Assembly (NCBI GenBank): GCA_964594965.1
Contig: CAZQMX010000002.1
Coordinates: forward strand, 44,306-108,305
Origin: an uncultured Candidatus Saccharibacteria bacterium
GTDB lineage: Bacteria > Patescibacteriota > Minisyncoccia > Portnoybacterales > UBA2143
DNA length: 64,000 nt
Direction: 5' to 3'
The notes below the pieces were generated by a model. It was not told where the DNA came from. It searched no databases and worked only from the letters and a program-made list of their open reading frames with translations. A program made the position numbers and the translations under genes. Numbering within the stretch: position 1 is the first letter of the stretch; every line of letters begins with the position of its first letter. Shown in pieces: positions 16,794-25,994 of this stretch.

Positions 16794-19196
16794 TTAAATA
16801 ACTAAATTAATCAAACGGTTGGGGATGTAGATGGATTTTTTCAGTTTCTTCTTCCCCATCCATTTTTTTATCTTCTTGCTTTCTAAGGCAACTTCTTTAG
16901 CTTGTTTTTCGCTAATGCCTTTTTCTACTTCAATCTTATCCCTGACTTTTCCATTAATCTGAATAATTAACTGCCAGGTTTCTTCTTGAATTAATTTCTT
17001 ATCATATTCCGGCCATTTTTCTTTGAAGATGGTTTTTTTGTTTCCCAATGTTTGCCAGAGTTCTTCGGCAATATGGGGGGCAAGTGGCGATAAAACCGTC
17101 AAAAGAGTCTGGGCATTTTTTTTGGATAAAACTTTCCCCTCCCCTGCCCAGAAGTTAAAAAATTCCATTAGGGCTGCAACGGCAGTATTAAACTTCATTG
17201 TTTCCAGGTCTTGGCTAACCTTTTTAATCAATTGGTGAAGTTTAGTTAATAGTTCCTTGCTGGTTTCTTTTCCAATTTTTTCCTTATTACCAAACAATTG
17301 CCAGACCCGATTCAAAAATCTAAAACATCCTTGAACTCCTTCCGAACTCCAACTGATGGTCTGGTCAAAAGGTCCCATAAACATTTCGTAGACCCTTAAA
17401 GTGTCTGCCCCGTGTTTTTTAACAACATCGTCAGGCTGGATAACATTACCAAAACTTTTACTCATTTTTCTTCCATCTTCAGCCAGAACAACCCCGTGCG
17501 ATTGCCTTCTTTGATAGGGCTCGGCCGTTGGAACAACCTTAATATCATACAAAAACTTATGCCAGAAACGAGAATAGAGTAGATGGAGAGTAGTATGTTC
17601 CATCCCCCCGTTATAGATATCTACCGGCAGCCAGTATTTTAACTTTTTAAAATCAGCCAGTTCTTTGTCATTCCTTGGGTCAACGTAGCGAAGAAAATAC
17701 CAGGAAGAACCCGCCCAGTTAGGCATAGTATCAGTTTCCCTTCGCGCCTGCCCTTTACATTTCGGACATTTAACATTAACCCATTCTTTTATTGCTGCTA
17801 AAGGCGATTGGCCAGTATCAGTTGGCTGGTACTTCTCTACGTAGGGCAATTTAACTGGTAAATCCTTTTCAGGAACAGGGACTGCACCACATTTCTGACA
17901 ATGGATAATTGGGATTGGTTCGCCCCAATAATGCTGTCTTGAAAAAACCCAATCTCTCAAATTATACTGAACTGTCTTTTTACCCAATTTATTCTTAACC
18001 AACCAGTCGGTGATTTTTTTAATTGCTTCTTTTGAGGACAATCCATCAAATTGACCTGAATTAACCAATTTTCCATAATCAACATAGGATTCCTTGGTAA
18101 TATTACCGCCGGAAATGACTTCTTTGATTTCTAGACCATATTTTTTAGCAAACTGATAATCTCTTTTATCATGGGCCGGAACAATCATAACTGCCCCTCC
18201 GCCGTAATCAGCGATAACATAGTCACTTACCCAAACAGGAATCTTTTCTTTGTTTAGGGGATTAATACAGTAAGAGCCAAGGCGTAGCCCGGTTTTTTCT
18301 TTGTCTAACTGGGTTCTTTCAAATTCGCTTTTCTTTTGAGAATTCTGAACATATTCTTTAACTTTTTCCGTATTTTCTTTAGTTGTCAGTTTCTCCAACA
18401 AAGAATGTTCCGGAGCAACGACCATGGCCGTAACGCCAAAGATAGTATCTGTCCGGGTAGTGAAAACAGTTAATTTATCTGAAGACCCATCTATCTTAAA
18501 ATCAATTTCCGTCCCATAACTTTTGCCAATCCAATTAATCTGTTGGGTCTTTATTTTCCCGACATAATCGACTTTATCCAAATCTTTAATTAGTCGGTCA
18601 GCATATTTGGTGATCTTAAGCATCCATTGCTTTAATTTTTTCTTTTTGGTTTGGGCCCCGCATCTTTCGCATTTACCACCAATAACTTCTTCGTTGGCCA
18701 GGCCAATCTTACAACTTGGACACCAGTTAATTGGCATTTCTGCCTGGTAAGCCAATTCTTTCTTGAATAATTGAAGAAATATCCACTGAGTCCACCGGTA
18801 ATATTTCGGGTCAGTCGTATTAATTTCCCTTGACCAATCAAAAGAAAGGCCCAATGACTTCATTTGTTTTTTAAAGGTTTTAATATTATCAGCCGTCACC
18901 TTTTCTGGATGAATTCCCGTTTTAATGGCGTAATTTTCAGTTGGCAGACCAAAAGCGTCCCAACCCATTGGATAGAGAACATTTTCTCCTTCCATTCTTT
19001 TTTTCCGAGCCAGAGCATCAAGAGAACAATAACTTCTTAGATGCCCCATATGTAAACCATCCCCGGAAGGATAGGGAAACTCAACCATTAAATATTTCTT
19101 TGGTTTTTTATCAAAATCTTTGGCAGAATAGAGGGTATCTTTCTTCCATCTGCTTTGCCACTTTTTTTCAATTTTATTTGGATTGTATTTAGGCAT
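16794..19196 (-). CDS. leuS: Leucine--tRNA ligase
   Basis: FPYPSG.GLHMGH, KMSKS and QINGKVR motifs. Confidence 0.97.
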   Translation of the reverse strand: MPKYNPNKIEKKWQSRWKKDTLYSAKDFDKKPKKYLMVEFPYPSGDGLHMGHLRSYCSLDALARKKRMEGENVLYPMGWDAFGLPTENYAIKTGIHPEKVTADNIKTFKKQMKSLGLSFDWSREINTTDPKYYRWTQWIFLQLFKKELAYQAEMPINWCPSCKIGLANEEVIGGKCERCGAQTKKKKLKQWMLKITKYADRLIKDLDKVDYVGKIKTQQINWIGKSYGTEIDFKIDGSSDKLTVFTTRTDTIFGVTAMVVAPEHSLLEKLTTKENTEKVKEYVQNSQKKSEFERTQLDKEKTGLRLGSYCINPLNKEKIPVWVSDYVIADYGGGAVMIVPAHDKRDYQFAKKYGLEIKEVISGGNITKESYVDYGKLVNSGQFDGLSSKEAIKKITDWLVKNKLGKKTVQYNLRDWVFSRQHYWGEPIPIIHCQKCGAVPVPEKDLPVKLPYVEKYQPTDTGQSPLAAIKEWVNVKCPKCKGQARRETDTMPNWAGSSWYFLRYVDPRNDKELADFKKLKYWLPVDIYNGGMEHTTLHLLYSRFWHKFLYDIKVVPTAEPYQRRQSHGVVLAEDGRKMSKSFGNVIQPDDVVKKHGADTLRVYEMFMGPFDQTISWSSEGVQGCFRFLNRVWQLFGNKEKIGKETSKELLTKLHQLIKKVSQDLETMKFNTAVAALMEFFNFWAGEGKVLSKKNAQTLLTVLSPLAPHIAEELWQTLGNKKTIFKEKWPEYDKKLIQEETWQLIIQINGKVRDKIEVEKGISEKQAKEVALESKKIKKWMGKKKLKKSIYIPNRLINLVI

Positions 19197-19198
19197 AA

Positions 19199-20080
19199 TT
19201 AAATATTAAATAATTCCCGGGAGTTTTTGGTTGTTTGTTTAGCAACTTCCTCAAATTTAATTCCTTTAATCTCGGCTATTTTTTCTGCAACATATTTAAC
19301 ATAAGCTGGTTCATTTCTTTTGTTTCGATTTGGTTCCGGAGCTAAATATGGACAATCGGTTTCAATTAATATCTTATCCAAAGGAATCTCCCTTATTACT
19401 TTATCATAATCTCGGGCATAAGTAATCAATCCATTGAAACTAATATGTAATCCCATTTCAATAATTTTCTTTGCCTGGGAAAGACGACCCATAAAACAAT
19501 GGACAACTCCTTTTAATCCGGGTGCGCAGACCATTGGACAAGAAGCACAGCCAAGATTAAACATAGTTAAAATTTCAATTAAATCATCGTAAGCCTTGCG
19601 GCAATGGAAAACAATTGGTTTTCCCATTTGTTGGGCCATTTCCAATTGTCTGACTAAAGCTTCTTTTTGTTTTTCCCTTCGACTCCGCTCAGGATCCCGA
19701 CCTTGCGTCGGGACTTTCTTATCGATATCTCCATAATCCAGACCAATCTCTCCAACTCCAACCACTTTTGGGTCTTCAAGTAATTTAAGATATTTTTTCT
19801 CATCTAATTCCTCGTATTCCCTTTCTTCTATTTCTCCTTTCCAATTTTTTTCCCTTCCGCCTTCAAGAACATGAATTGGATGAAGTCCAACAATGGCATA
19901 AACCCCTTCCTTGTATTTGTTGGCGTATTCAACCGCTCTTTTGCTCGTTGAATACTGAGCGCCAACATTAATCATCCAGACACCATTATCAAGAGCCCGG
20001 CGAACAACTTTATCCCCGTCTTCCTTAAAATCTTTGAAATTAACATGGGCGTGAGTGTCAATTAATATTGGCTTAGGCAT
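19199..20080 (-). CDS. tatD: TatD family hydrolase/DNase with palindromic insert
   Basis: DTHAH, GEIGLD, HCR, HCF and ETDCPYL motifs. Confidence 0.93.
   Translation of the reverse strand: MPKPILIDTHAHVNFKDFKEDGDKVVRRALDNGVWMINVGAQYSTSKRAVEYANKYKEGVYAIVGLHPIHVLEGGREKNWKGEIEEREYEELDEKKYLKLLEDPKVVGVGEIGLDYGDIDKKVPTQGRDPERSRREKQKEALVRQLEMAQQMGKPIVFHCRKAYDDLIEILTMFNLGCASCPMVCAPGLKGVVHCFMGRLSQAKKIIEMGLHISFNGLITYARDYDKVIREIPLDKILIETDCPYLAPEPNRNKRNEPAYVKYVAEKIAEIKGIKFEEVAKQTTKNSRELFNI
19676..19714 (-). mobile_element. In-frame palindromic insert (VPTQGRDPERSRR)
   Basis: 36/39 identical to the yqeY insert. Confidence 0.85.
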
Positions 20081-20103
20081 AATGGGGAAATTTCCTTTAG
20101 GTT

Positions 20104-21546
20104 TTACAACCGAGGGAATAATGCCTCGGTTTTTTTGTTTTGTTTGATTTGTTCCAGAATTTTTTCCGATGTTTCCGGAATAAATGGTTTTAGTAGATTG
20201 GCAATTTCTTGAAGAGTAATCAAGAGTTCTGAAATAATATTCTTGAATTGTTCTGATTCTTTATCAATTTCCCAGGGTTTGTTTTTCTCAATATATTCAT
20301 CACAAAAACTAACTAATTGCCAAACAGAGTCCAGGGCTTCATTGAATTTAATATCCTCGAAAGCTTTGCGATAATCCTTTTTAATTGGCTCTATCTTTTT
20401 TATTAATTCCTTATTCCTTATTCCTAATTCATGATTCATAATTCCGGTTTTCTCTGATAAAGTCAAAACCCGGCTAACCAAATTACCTAACCCATTAGCC
20501 AAATCCGCATTATATCTTTCCTCTAATCTTTTAATACTAAAATCACCGTCTGCAGTAGAAGAAAATTCACGCGAGAGAAAATAGCGAATTGGGTCAGCCC
20601 CATATTTTTTAACCAATTCAAAAGGATCAATTACATTACCAAGTGACTTAGATATCTTCTGCCCTTCAATGGTTAGATAACCATGAACAAATATTTTTTT
20701 AGGTAAAGGTAAACCGACTGACAAAAGCATTGCTGGCCAATAAATGGCGTGGAAGCGAAGGATCCCTTTGCCGATACAATGGAGATCTGCCGGCCAGTAT
20801 TTATCGTATTTTTCTAAATTATCTGAACCATAACCCAGAGCAGTGATATAGTTTATCAAAGCGTCATACCAAACGTAAATTCTTTGAGAATCATCATCAG
20901 GCACTTCAATTCCCCATCCATCACCTCGCTTGGCCGAACGAGAAATACTAAAATCTTCCAAACCGGACTTAATAAATGATAAGGTTTCGTTTTTCCGACT
21001 ATCGGGAACTATTTCTAATTCACCCGATTCAATAATTTTTTCTAATTGTTTTTGGTAATTTGAAAGTTTGAAAAAATAGTTTTCTTCTTCAATCACTTCT
21101 GGTTCAGTTTTGTGTTCTGGGCAGAGTCCATTTTCTAATTCGCTTTCTTTAAAAAACATCTCGCAACCAACGCAATAAAGTCCTTTGTATTTCTTTTTGT
21201 AAATATCTTTTTCAGAAACCTGCCAAAATTTCTGCGCTCCCTTGATATGCCTTTCCTCCGTTGTCCGAATAAAGTCACTGAAAGACAGGTTCAAAGCCGG
21301 ACCCAAGTCTTCAAAAATCTTTGAATTACGATCAACTAATTCCTGAGCAGTAATTTTTTCTTTTTGAGCAGCTTGAAAATTTTTCAAACTATTCTCGTCT
21401 GTACCAGCCAAAAAGAAAACGTCTTCGCCTTTTTGTCGGTAATAGCGAGCCAAGATATCTGCCTGAACCACTTCTAAGGCAAAGCCGACATGCGGAGCGG
21501 CATTAACATAAGGAACTGCAGTTGTGATATAGAATTTCTTTTTCAT
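20104..21546 (-). CDS. metG: Methionine--tRNA ligase (short form)
   Basis: YVNAAPHVG, YVWYDALINY and KISKSLGN motifs. Confidence 0.96.
   Translation of the reverse strand: MKKKFYITTAVPYVNAAPHVGFALEVVQADILARYYRQKGEDVFFLAGTDENSLKNFQAAQKEKITAQELVDRNSKIFEDLGPALNLSFSDFIRTTEERHIKGAQKFWQVSEKDIYKKKYKGLYCVGCEMFFKESELENGLCPEHKTEPEVIEEENYFFKLSNYQKQLEKIIESGELEIVPDSRKNETLSFIKSGLEDFSISRSAKRGDGWGIEVPDDDSQRIYVWYDALINYITALGYGSDNLEKYDKYWPADLHCIGKGILRFHAIYWPAMLLSVGLPLPKKIFVHGYLTIEGQKISKSLGNVIDPFELVKKYGADPIRYFLSREFSSTADGDFSIKRLEERYNADLANGLGNLVSRVLTLSEKTGIMNHELGIRNKELIKKIEPIKKDYRKAFEDIKFNEALDSVWQLVSFCDEYIEKNKPWEIDKESEQFKNIISELLITLQEIANLLKPFIPETSEKILEQIKQNKKTEALFPRL
20404..20445 (-). repeat. Six heptamer repeats read in frame in metG (GIMNHELGIRNKEL)
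   Basis: TAATTCC TTATTCC TTATTCC TAATTCA TGATTCA TAATTCC = 42 bp. Confidence 0.8.
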
Positions 21547-22208
21547 TTTCTTATAACAATAACAAACTCGCCTTTAATTCTTCCGCCGGTTGGCGGAGTA
21601 AGTTGGCTAATAATTTCTTTGGGTTTTCCCCGGTAAGTTATTTCAAACTTTTTGGTCAATTCCCGGCAAAGAACGATTTCTCTTTCAGGAAGTTCTTTCA
21701 GGGTTTTAATAATCCGGTGAGGAGATTCGTAAATAACAATTGTTTCTTTTATCTTTTCTATCTTTTCAAAAAATTTCTTTCTTTTGTTTTTAATTGGCGG
21801 AAAGCCAAGGGAAACAAATCTATCAGCTGGAAAACCGGAAACCGATAAAGCTACAATTAGGGCAGAAGGTCCAGGAATCGGAATAATTTTCAATTGAGGT
21901 AATCTCTCTAAAAGATATTCAATTAGTTTCCCGCCCGGATCGTTAATTGACGGTGTTCCGGCATCAGAAACCAAGGCAATATTTCTGCCCTTTTTTAATT
22001 GCTCTGAAATATATTCTAGTTTCTTTAATTTGCTCTGCTGGTGGTAACTGAGAGTCGGTTTTGAAATCTGATAACGATTGAGAAGTTTTTTGGTTACTCG
22101 GGTATCTTCGCAAAGAATTAAATCAACTTGTTTTAGGGTTTCTGTTGCTCTTTGGGAAATATCTTTGAGATTGCCAATCGGGGTTGAAACAATGTATAGA
22201 TTAGCCAT
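21543..22208 (-). CDS. rsmI: 16S rRNA C1402 2'-O-methyltransferase
   Basis: STPIGNL.DIS, CEDTR, SDAGTP.I.DPG and YESPHR motifs. Confidence 0.96.
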   Translation of the reverse strand: MANLYIVSTPIGNLKDISQRATETLKQVDLILCEDTRVTKKLLNRYQISKPTLSYHQQSKLKKLEYISEQLKKGRNIALVSDAGTPSINDPGGKLIEYLLERLPQLKIIPIPGPSALIVALSVSGFPADRFVSLGFPPIKNKRKKFFEKIEKIKETIVIYESPHRIIKTLKELPEREIVLCRELTKKFEITYRGKPKEIISQLTPPTGGRIKGEFVIVIRK

Positions 22209-22351
22209 TTCATTATTAACGCAGCGAGCGAGGGAAATGAAAACTCGTTTTCATTTCCGAGCAAGCAAGTTAATATAATATTATATTAAATCAAAAAACG
22301 CCCTTTTTGGCAAGCCCCGTAAAACGGGACAGGGGCGCTTCTGAAATCAGT

Positions 22352-23356
22352 TTAATCCTTGAAATCTTTGAAAAACTCTGAAACCGAGGCTGCCAAGGGG
22401 ACAGACAGAATTATTCCCAAAATACCGGCTAATTTAGCACCGATTAACATAACAATAATGATAATAATCGGGTTAAGCCCGACTGCCTTTTTCATTACCT
22501 GGGGATAGACAACATAGTTCTCTATTTGCTGGATAACGATATAGAGGGCAATGGCTAAAAGAGCCAGAACAGGCGATTGGACAAAAGCCAGAATAACTGC
22601 CGGGATAGCAGCCAGAATCGGCCCAAGATAGGGAATAATTTCTAAAATGCCGGCGATAAGAGCTAGAGTCAAAGCATATTTAACCCCTAAAAGCCGAAGG
22701 CCGATATAGGTCATAACGCCGATAATGACCATTAAAATAAGTTGACCCCTTAACCAACCGCCAATTCTAACTTCAATCCTGTCAATTAAATCAGAAAGAT
22801 AACTCTGATGGCCATTAGGCGTTAATGAAACAAAAAATCTCTTTATCCCTTTTTCCTGGACAGCCAGATAAAAGGAAATGACTAAAATAACTGCCGCTGA
22901 GAATAGTCCGCCAAAAAGGTCAATAATTGTTCCGAAAACACTTGAGGTTGCTTCCCCTATTTTATTCCCGATATTATTCAAAATGGATTGTAAGTTTTCA
23001 TCGGCCTGGTAATCAATCCAGAACTCCTTAAAATTCAAGCCGATTTTCTCCATAAAACCGGGGAAGACCTGGGTTAATTGTTTTACCTGTGTAGCCAGAG
23101 GAGGAAAAATTAAAGCAATAACCAGGGCTAGTAAAAGAAGGAGAAGGAGGTAAATAAAGATAACGCCTAAGACACGAGGGACTTTCCGTCTTTGAAGCCA
23201 ATTAACCGGACTACTGACTGCCGCCGCGATAATAACTGCGACAACGATAATCAAAACAATATCCCGGATTAAATAAAGGAAAACTAGTCCTAAAAGGATT
23301 AGAATAATCCGGAAAATGGTTGAAACCGGGATATCAAATGATTGCGGCTGGTTCAT
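22352..23356 (-). CDS. AI-2E family transporter
   Basis: WLRGQL, IPYLGP and QQIENYVVYP motifs; multiple TMs. Confidence 0.92.
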   Translation of the reverse strand: MNQPQSFDIPVSTIFRIILILLGLVFLYLIRDIVLIIVVAVIIAAAVSSPVNWLQRRKVPRVLGVIFIYLLLLLLLALVIALIFPPLATQVKQLTQVFPGFMEKIGLNFKEFWIDYQADENLQSILNNIGNKIGEATSSVFGTIIDLFGGLFSAAVILVISFYLAVQEKGIKRFFVSLTPNGHQSYLSDLIDRIEVRIGGWLRGQLILMVIIGVMTYIGLRLLGVKYALTLALIAGILEIIPYLGPILAAIPAVILAFVQSPVLALLAIALYIVIQQIENYVVYPQVMKKAVGLNPIIIIIVMLIGAKLAGILGIILSVPLAASVSEFFKDFKD

Positions 23357-24624
23357 ATCTTAAGTAATTTATTAAATTTATCTTTTTCCTTAAACGGTCC
23401 GATAAGAGCGAGGTTTAGTTTTTCAGGCTTGAAAATATCATTGGCCACTCTCTGAATATCATTAACCGTTACTTTATTAATTTTAGCAAGTTTCTCTTCC
23501 AAGGTCAAAATCTCTCCGGTTAAGAGTTCTTGGGAAGCGTAAAATGAGGCCTGTTCATCTGAGGCCTCCATACCAATTAGAGATCTTCCCTTGGTATAGT
23601 CTTTAGCTTTTTGAAGTTCTGATTGAGAAACCTTCTTATTCTTAATCTTCTGATATTCGTCCATAATTGTTTCAATTGCTCTTTCGACTTTAGTATTATC
23701 TACTCCGGCGCTGGTAGTGATAAAGCCGACATCGGTATCTAAATCAGCCCCGGTGCTAACATAATATGCTAACCCCTGTCTTTCTCGAACCGAAATGAAC
23801 ATTCTTGAACTCATGTTTCCTCCTAGGATTGTGGCTAAAAGACCAAGAGCGTATCTGTCAGGGTGAAAAATATTATAAGCCCGAAAACCTAGATGCAAAT
23901 GAGTCTGGTCTGTTTTCTTGTGATAAATTAATGATTGAGGATTACTTTGTTTTTCTTTGGTTCTTAATTTATCTTTTACTTCTTCCTGGTTAATATTTTG
24001 GAAATATTTTTCAACTTTTTTAATTGTTTTTTCTTGATCAATATTACCAGCTAAAGCAATAACAGTATTTTTTGAAGAATAATGATTTTTTAAATAATCA
24101 ATGAAGTTATCTCTTTTTATGTTATTGAGTGATTTTTCTGTTCCGCCAAGATTCCAGCCAGCTGGTTGGTTGCCGTAGAGTAATTCTAACCACAAGTCAG
24201 AAACATGTCTTATCGGCATATCAAGATACATCTTTAATTCCTGTAAAATCGTCCCTCTTTCTTTATTAATTTCTTCCTGCTTTATTAAAGAATTCAAATA
24301 AATATCAGAAACCCAGGATAAGACCAAATCAAGATGACTCGCATCAATTTTAGCCCAATAACCAGTATATTCTTGGCTGGTAAAGGCATTATAAATCCCA
24401 CCAACCTTATCCAAGGGCTCAATTAATTTTAAAGACGAAGGGTATTTTTTAGTCCCCTTAAAAAGCATGTGTTCCAGAAAATGGGAAAGACCATTAATGT
24501 CCTTGGTCTCGTATTTTGAACCAGTTCCAACTAAAACTAAAATTGCCGCCGTTTTGGTTGATTTGGATGGGACGGTAATAATCCTTAATCCATTTTTAAG
24601 AGTTGTTTTCTTATAATCTCCCAT
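23353..24624 (-). CDS. M16 (pitrilysin) family metallopeptidase
   Basis: HFLEHMLFKGT, NAFTS and SSRMF..VRE..GLAY motifs. Confidence 0.94.
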   Translation of the reverse strand: MGDYKKTTLKNGLRIITVPSKSTKTAAILVLVGTGSKYETKDINGLSHFLEHMLFKGTKKYPSSLKLIEPLDKVGGIYNAFTSQEYTGYWAKIDASHLDLVLSWVSDIYLNSLIKQEEINKERGTILQELKMYLDMPIRHVSDLWLELLYGNQPAGWNLGGTEKSLNNIKRDNFIDYLKNHYSSKNTVIALAGNIDQEKTIKKVEKYFQNINQEEVKDKLRTKEKQSNPQSLIYHKKTDQTHLHLGFRAYNIFHPDRYALGLLATILGGNMSSRMFISVRERQGLAYYVSTGADLDTDVGFITTSAGVDNTKVERAIETIMDEYQKIKNKKVSQSELQKAKDYTKGRSLIGMEASDEQASFYASQELLTGEILTLEEKLAKINKVTVNDIQRVANDIFKPEKLNLALIGPFKEKDKFNKLLKI

Positions 24625-25990
24625 ATCGCTCTTTAAAATAAGGGTTTAATTCTTTAATTTTAATTCTTTCTTGCTTCATGCTGTCGCGGTCGCGAACAGT
24701 AACATCGTCTTTTTCCAAACTATCAAAATCTATAGTTACACAGTAGGGTGTTCCAATCTCATCCTGCCTGCGATAACGCTTGCCAACATTGCCATTATCA
24801 TCAAATTCACAGGTATAGCCTGTTTTTAATAAGTTGAAAACTTCCTTGGCTTTTTTAACTAACTTCGGCTTATTCCTCAAGAGAGGGAAAACCGCTACCT
24901 GAACCGGAGCCAATCTTTTCGGAAATTTCATTACTATCCTTGTTTCTTTATCAACCTTTTCCTCTGTATATGCCTCGCAAAGCACGGCAAAAACAATTCT
25001 ACCAACACCAACTGATGATTCAATTATATGAGGAATATATTTTTTCTCAGTTTTTGGATCAGTATATGATAAATCCTTGCCGGAGGATTTAGAATGCTGG
25101 GATAGGTCATAGTTTCCTCGGGCATGAACTCCTTCCAGTTCAGTAAAACCAAAAGGGAATTCATAATCTATGTCATAAGCCGCTTTGGCATAAAAAACCA
25201 GGTTCTTATGCTTATTCCATTTCAAATGATTTTCTTTTATTCCTAAATCCAGATAGTATTGCCAGCGATCCTTCCTTAGTTTTTCATATTCTTCCATTTC
25301 TTTATCTGGGTGAACGAAATATTGCATTTCCATTTGATCAAATTCGCGCGTCCTGAAAATGAACTGACGGGCGGTAATCTCATTTCGAAAGGCCTTTCCG
25401 ATTTGAGCAATACCAAAAGGAATTTTAACTCGGGTTGAATCTAAAACATTTTTGTAATTTACATAAATTCCCTGACAGGTTTCTCCCCGTAAATAGACTG
25501 GGTCTTTGTTCCAATCTTCTGTAAAATTACCCAGATTAGATTTAACCAACTGATTAAATTTCCTAATATCAGTAAAATCGCTCTTTTTGCAATTAGGACA
25601 TTTTAACTTTTCCTTATTCTTGTTAAAAACTTGACTAATTTCCTCTTCTGACATTTTTTCGTCTGCCTCTATTCCAACCTCCTCTAATAAATGGTCTGCC
25701 CTTGATCTAACATGGCAGTTTTTACATTCAACCAGAGGGTCAGCAAATCCGGAAACATGCCCGCTGGCCTCCCAAATCTTAGGGTGCATAAAGATAGCAG
25801 AGTCCAGACCAACAATATCTTCCCTTTGTAAAACCATTCTCCGCCACCAAAAATGCTTGATATTGTTTTCCAACTCAACCCCATAAGGACCATAATCATA
25901 AACAGCGGCCAAACCACCGTAAATCTCCGAAGACGGATAAACAAATCCCCGTCTTTTTGCTAGTGATACAATTTTTTCCATTGTTGCCAT
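24611..25990 (-). CDS. glyQS: Glycine--tRNA ligase (alpha2 homodimeric type)
   Basis: YDYGPYG, LRGETCQG, AQIGKAFRNEI and RRQDEIGTP motifs. Confidence 0.95.
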   Translation of the reverse strand: MATMEKIVSLAKRRGFVYPSSEIYGGLAAVYDYGPYGVELENNIKHFWWRRMVLQREDIVGLDSAIFMHPKIWEASGHVSGFADPLVECKNCHVRSRADHLLEEVGIEADEKMSEEEISQVFNKNKEKLKCPNCKKSDFTDIRKFNQLVKSNLGNFTEDWNKDPVYLRGETCQGIYVNYKNVLDSTRVKIPFGIAQIGKAFRNEITARQFIFRTREFDQMEMQYFVHPDKEMEEYEKLRKDRWQYYLDLGIKENHLKWNKHKNLVFYAKAAYDIDYEFPFGFTELEGVHARGNYDLSQHSKSSGKDLSYTDPKTEKKYIPHIIESSVGVGRIVFAVLCEAYTEEKVDKETRIVMKFPKRLAPVQVAVFPLLRNKPKLVKKAKEVFNLLKTGYTCEFDDNGNVGKRYRRQDEIGTPYCVTIDFDSLEKDDVTVRDRDSMKQERIKIKELNPYFKERYGRL

Positions 25991-25994
25991 AAAT

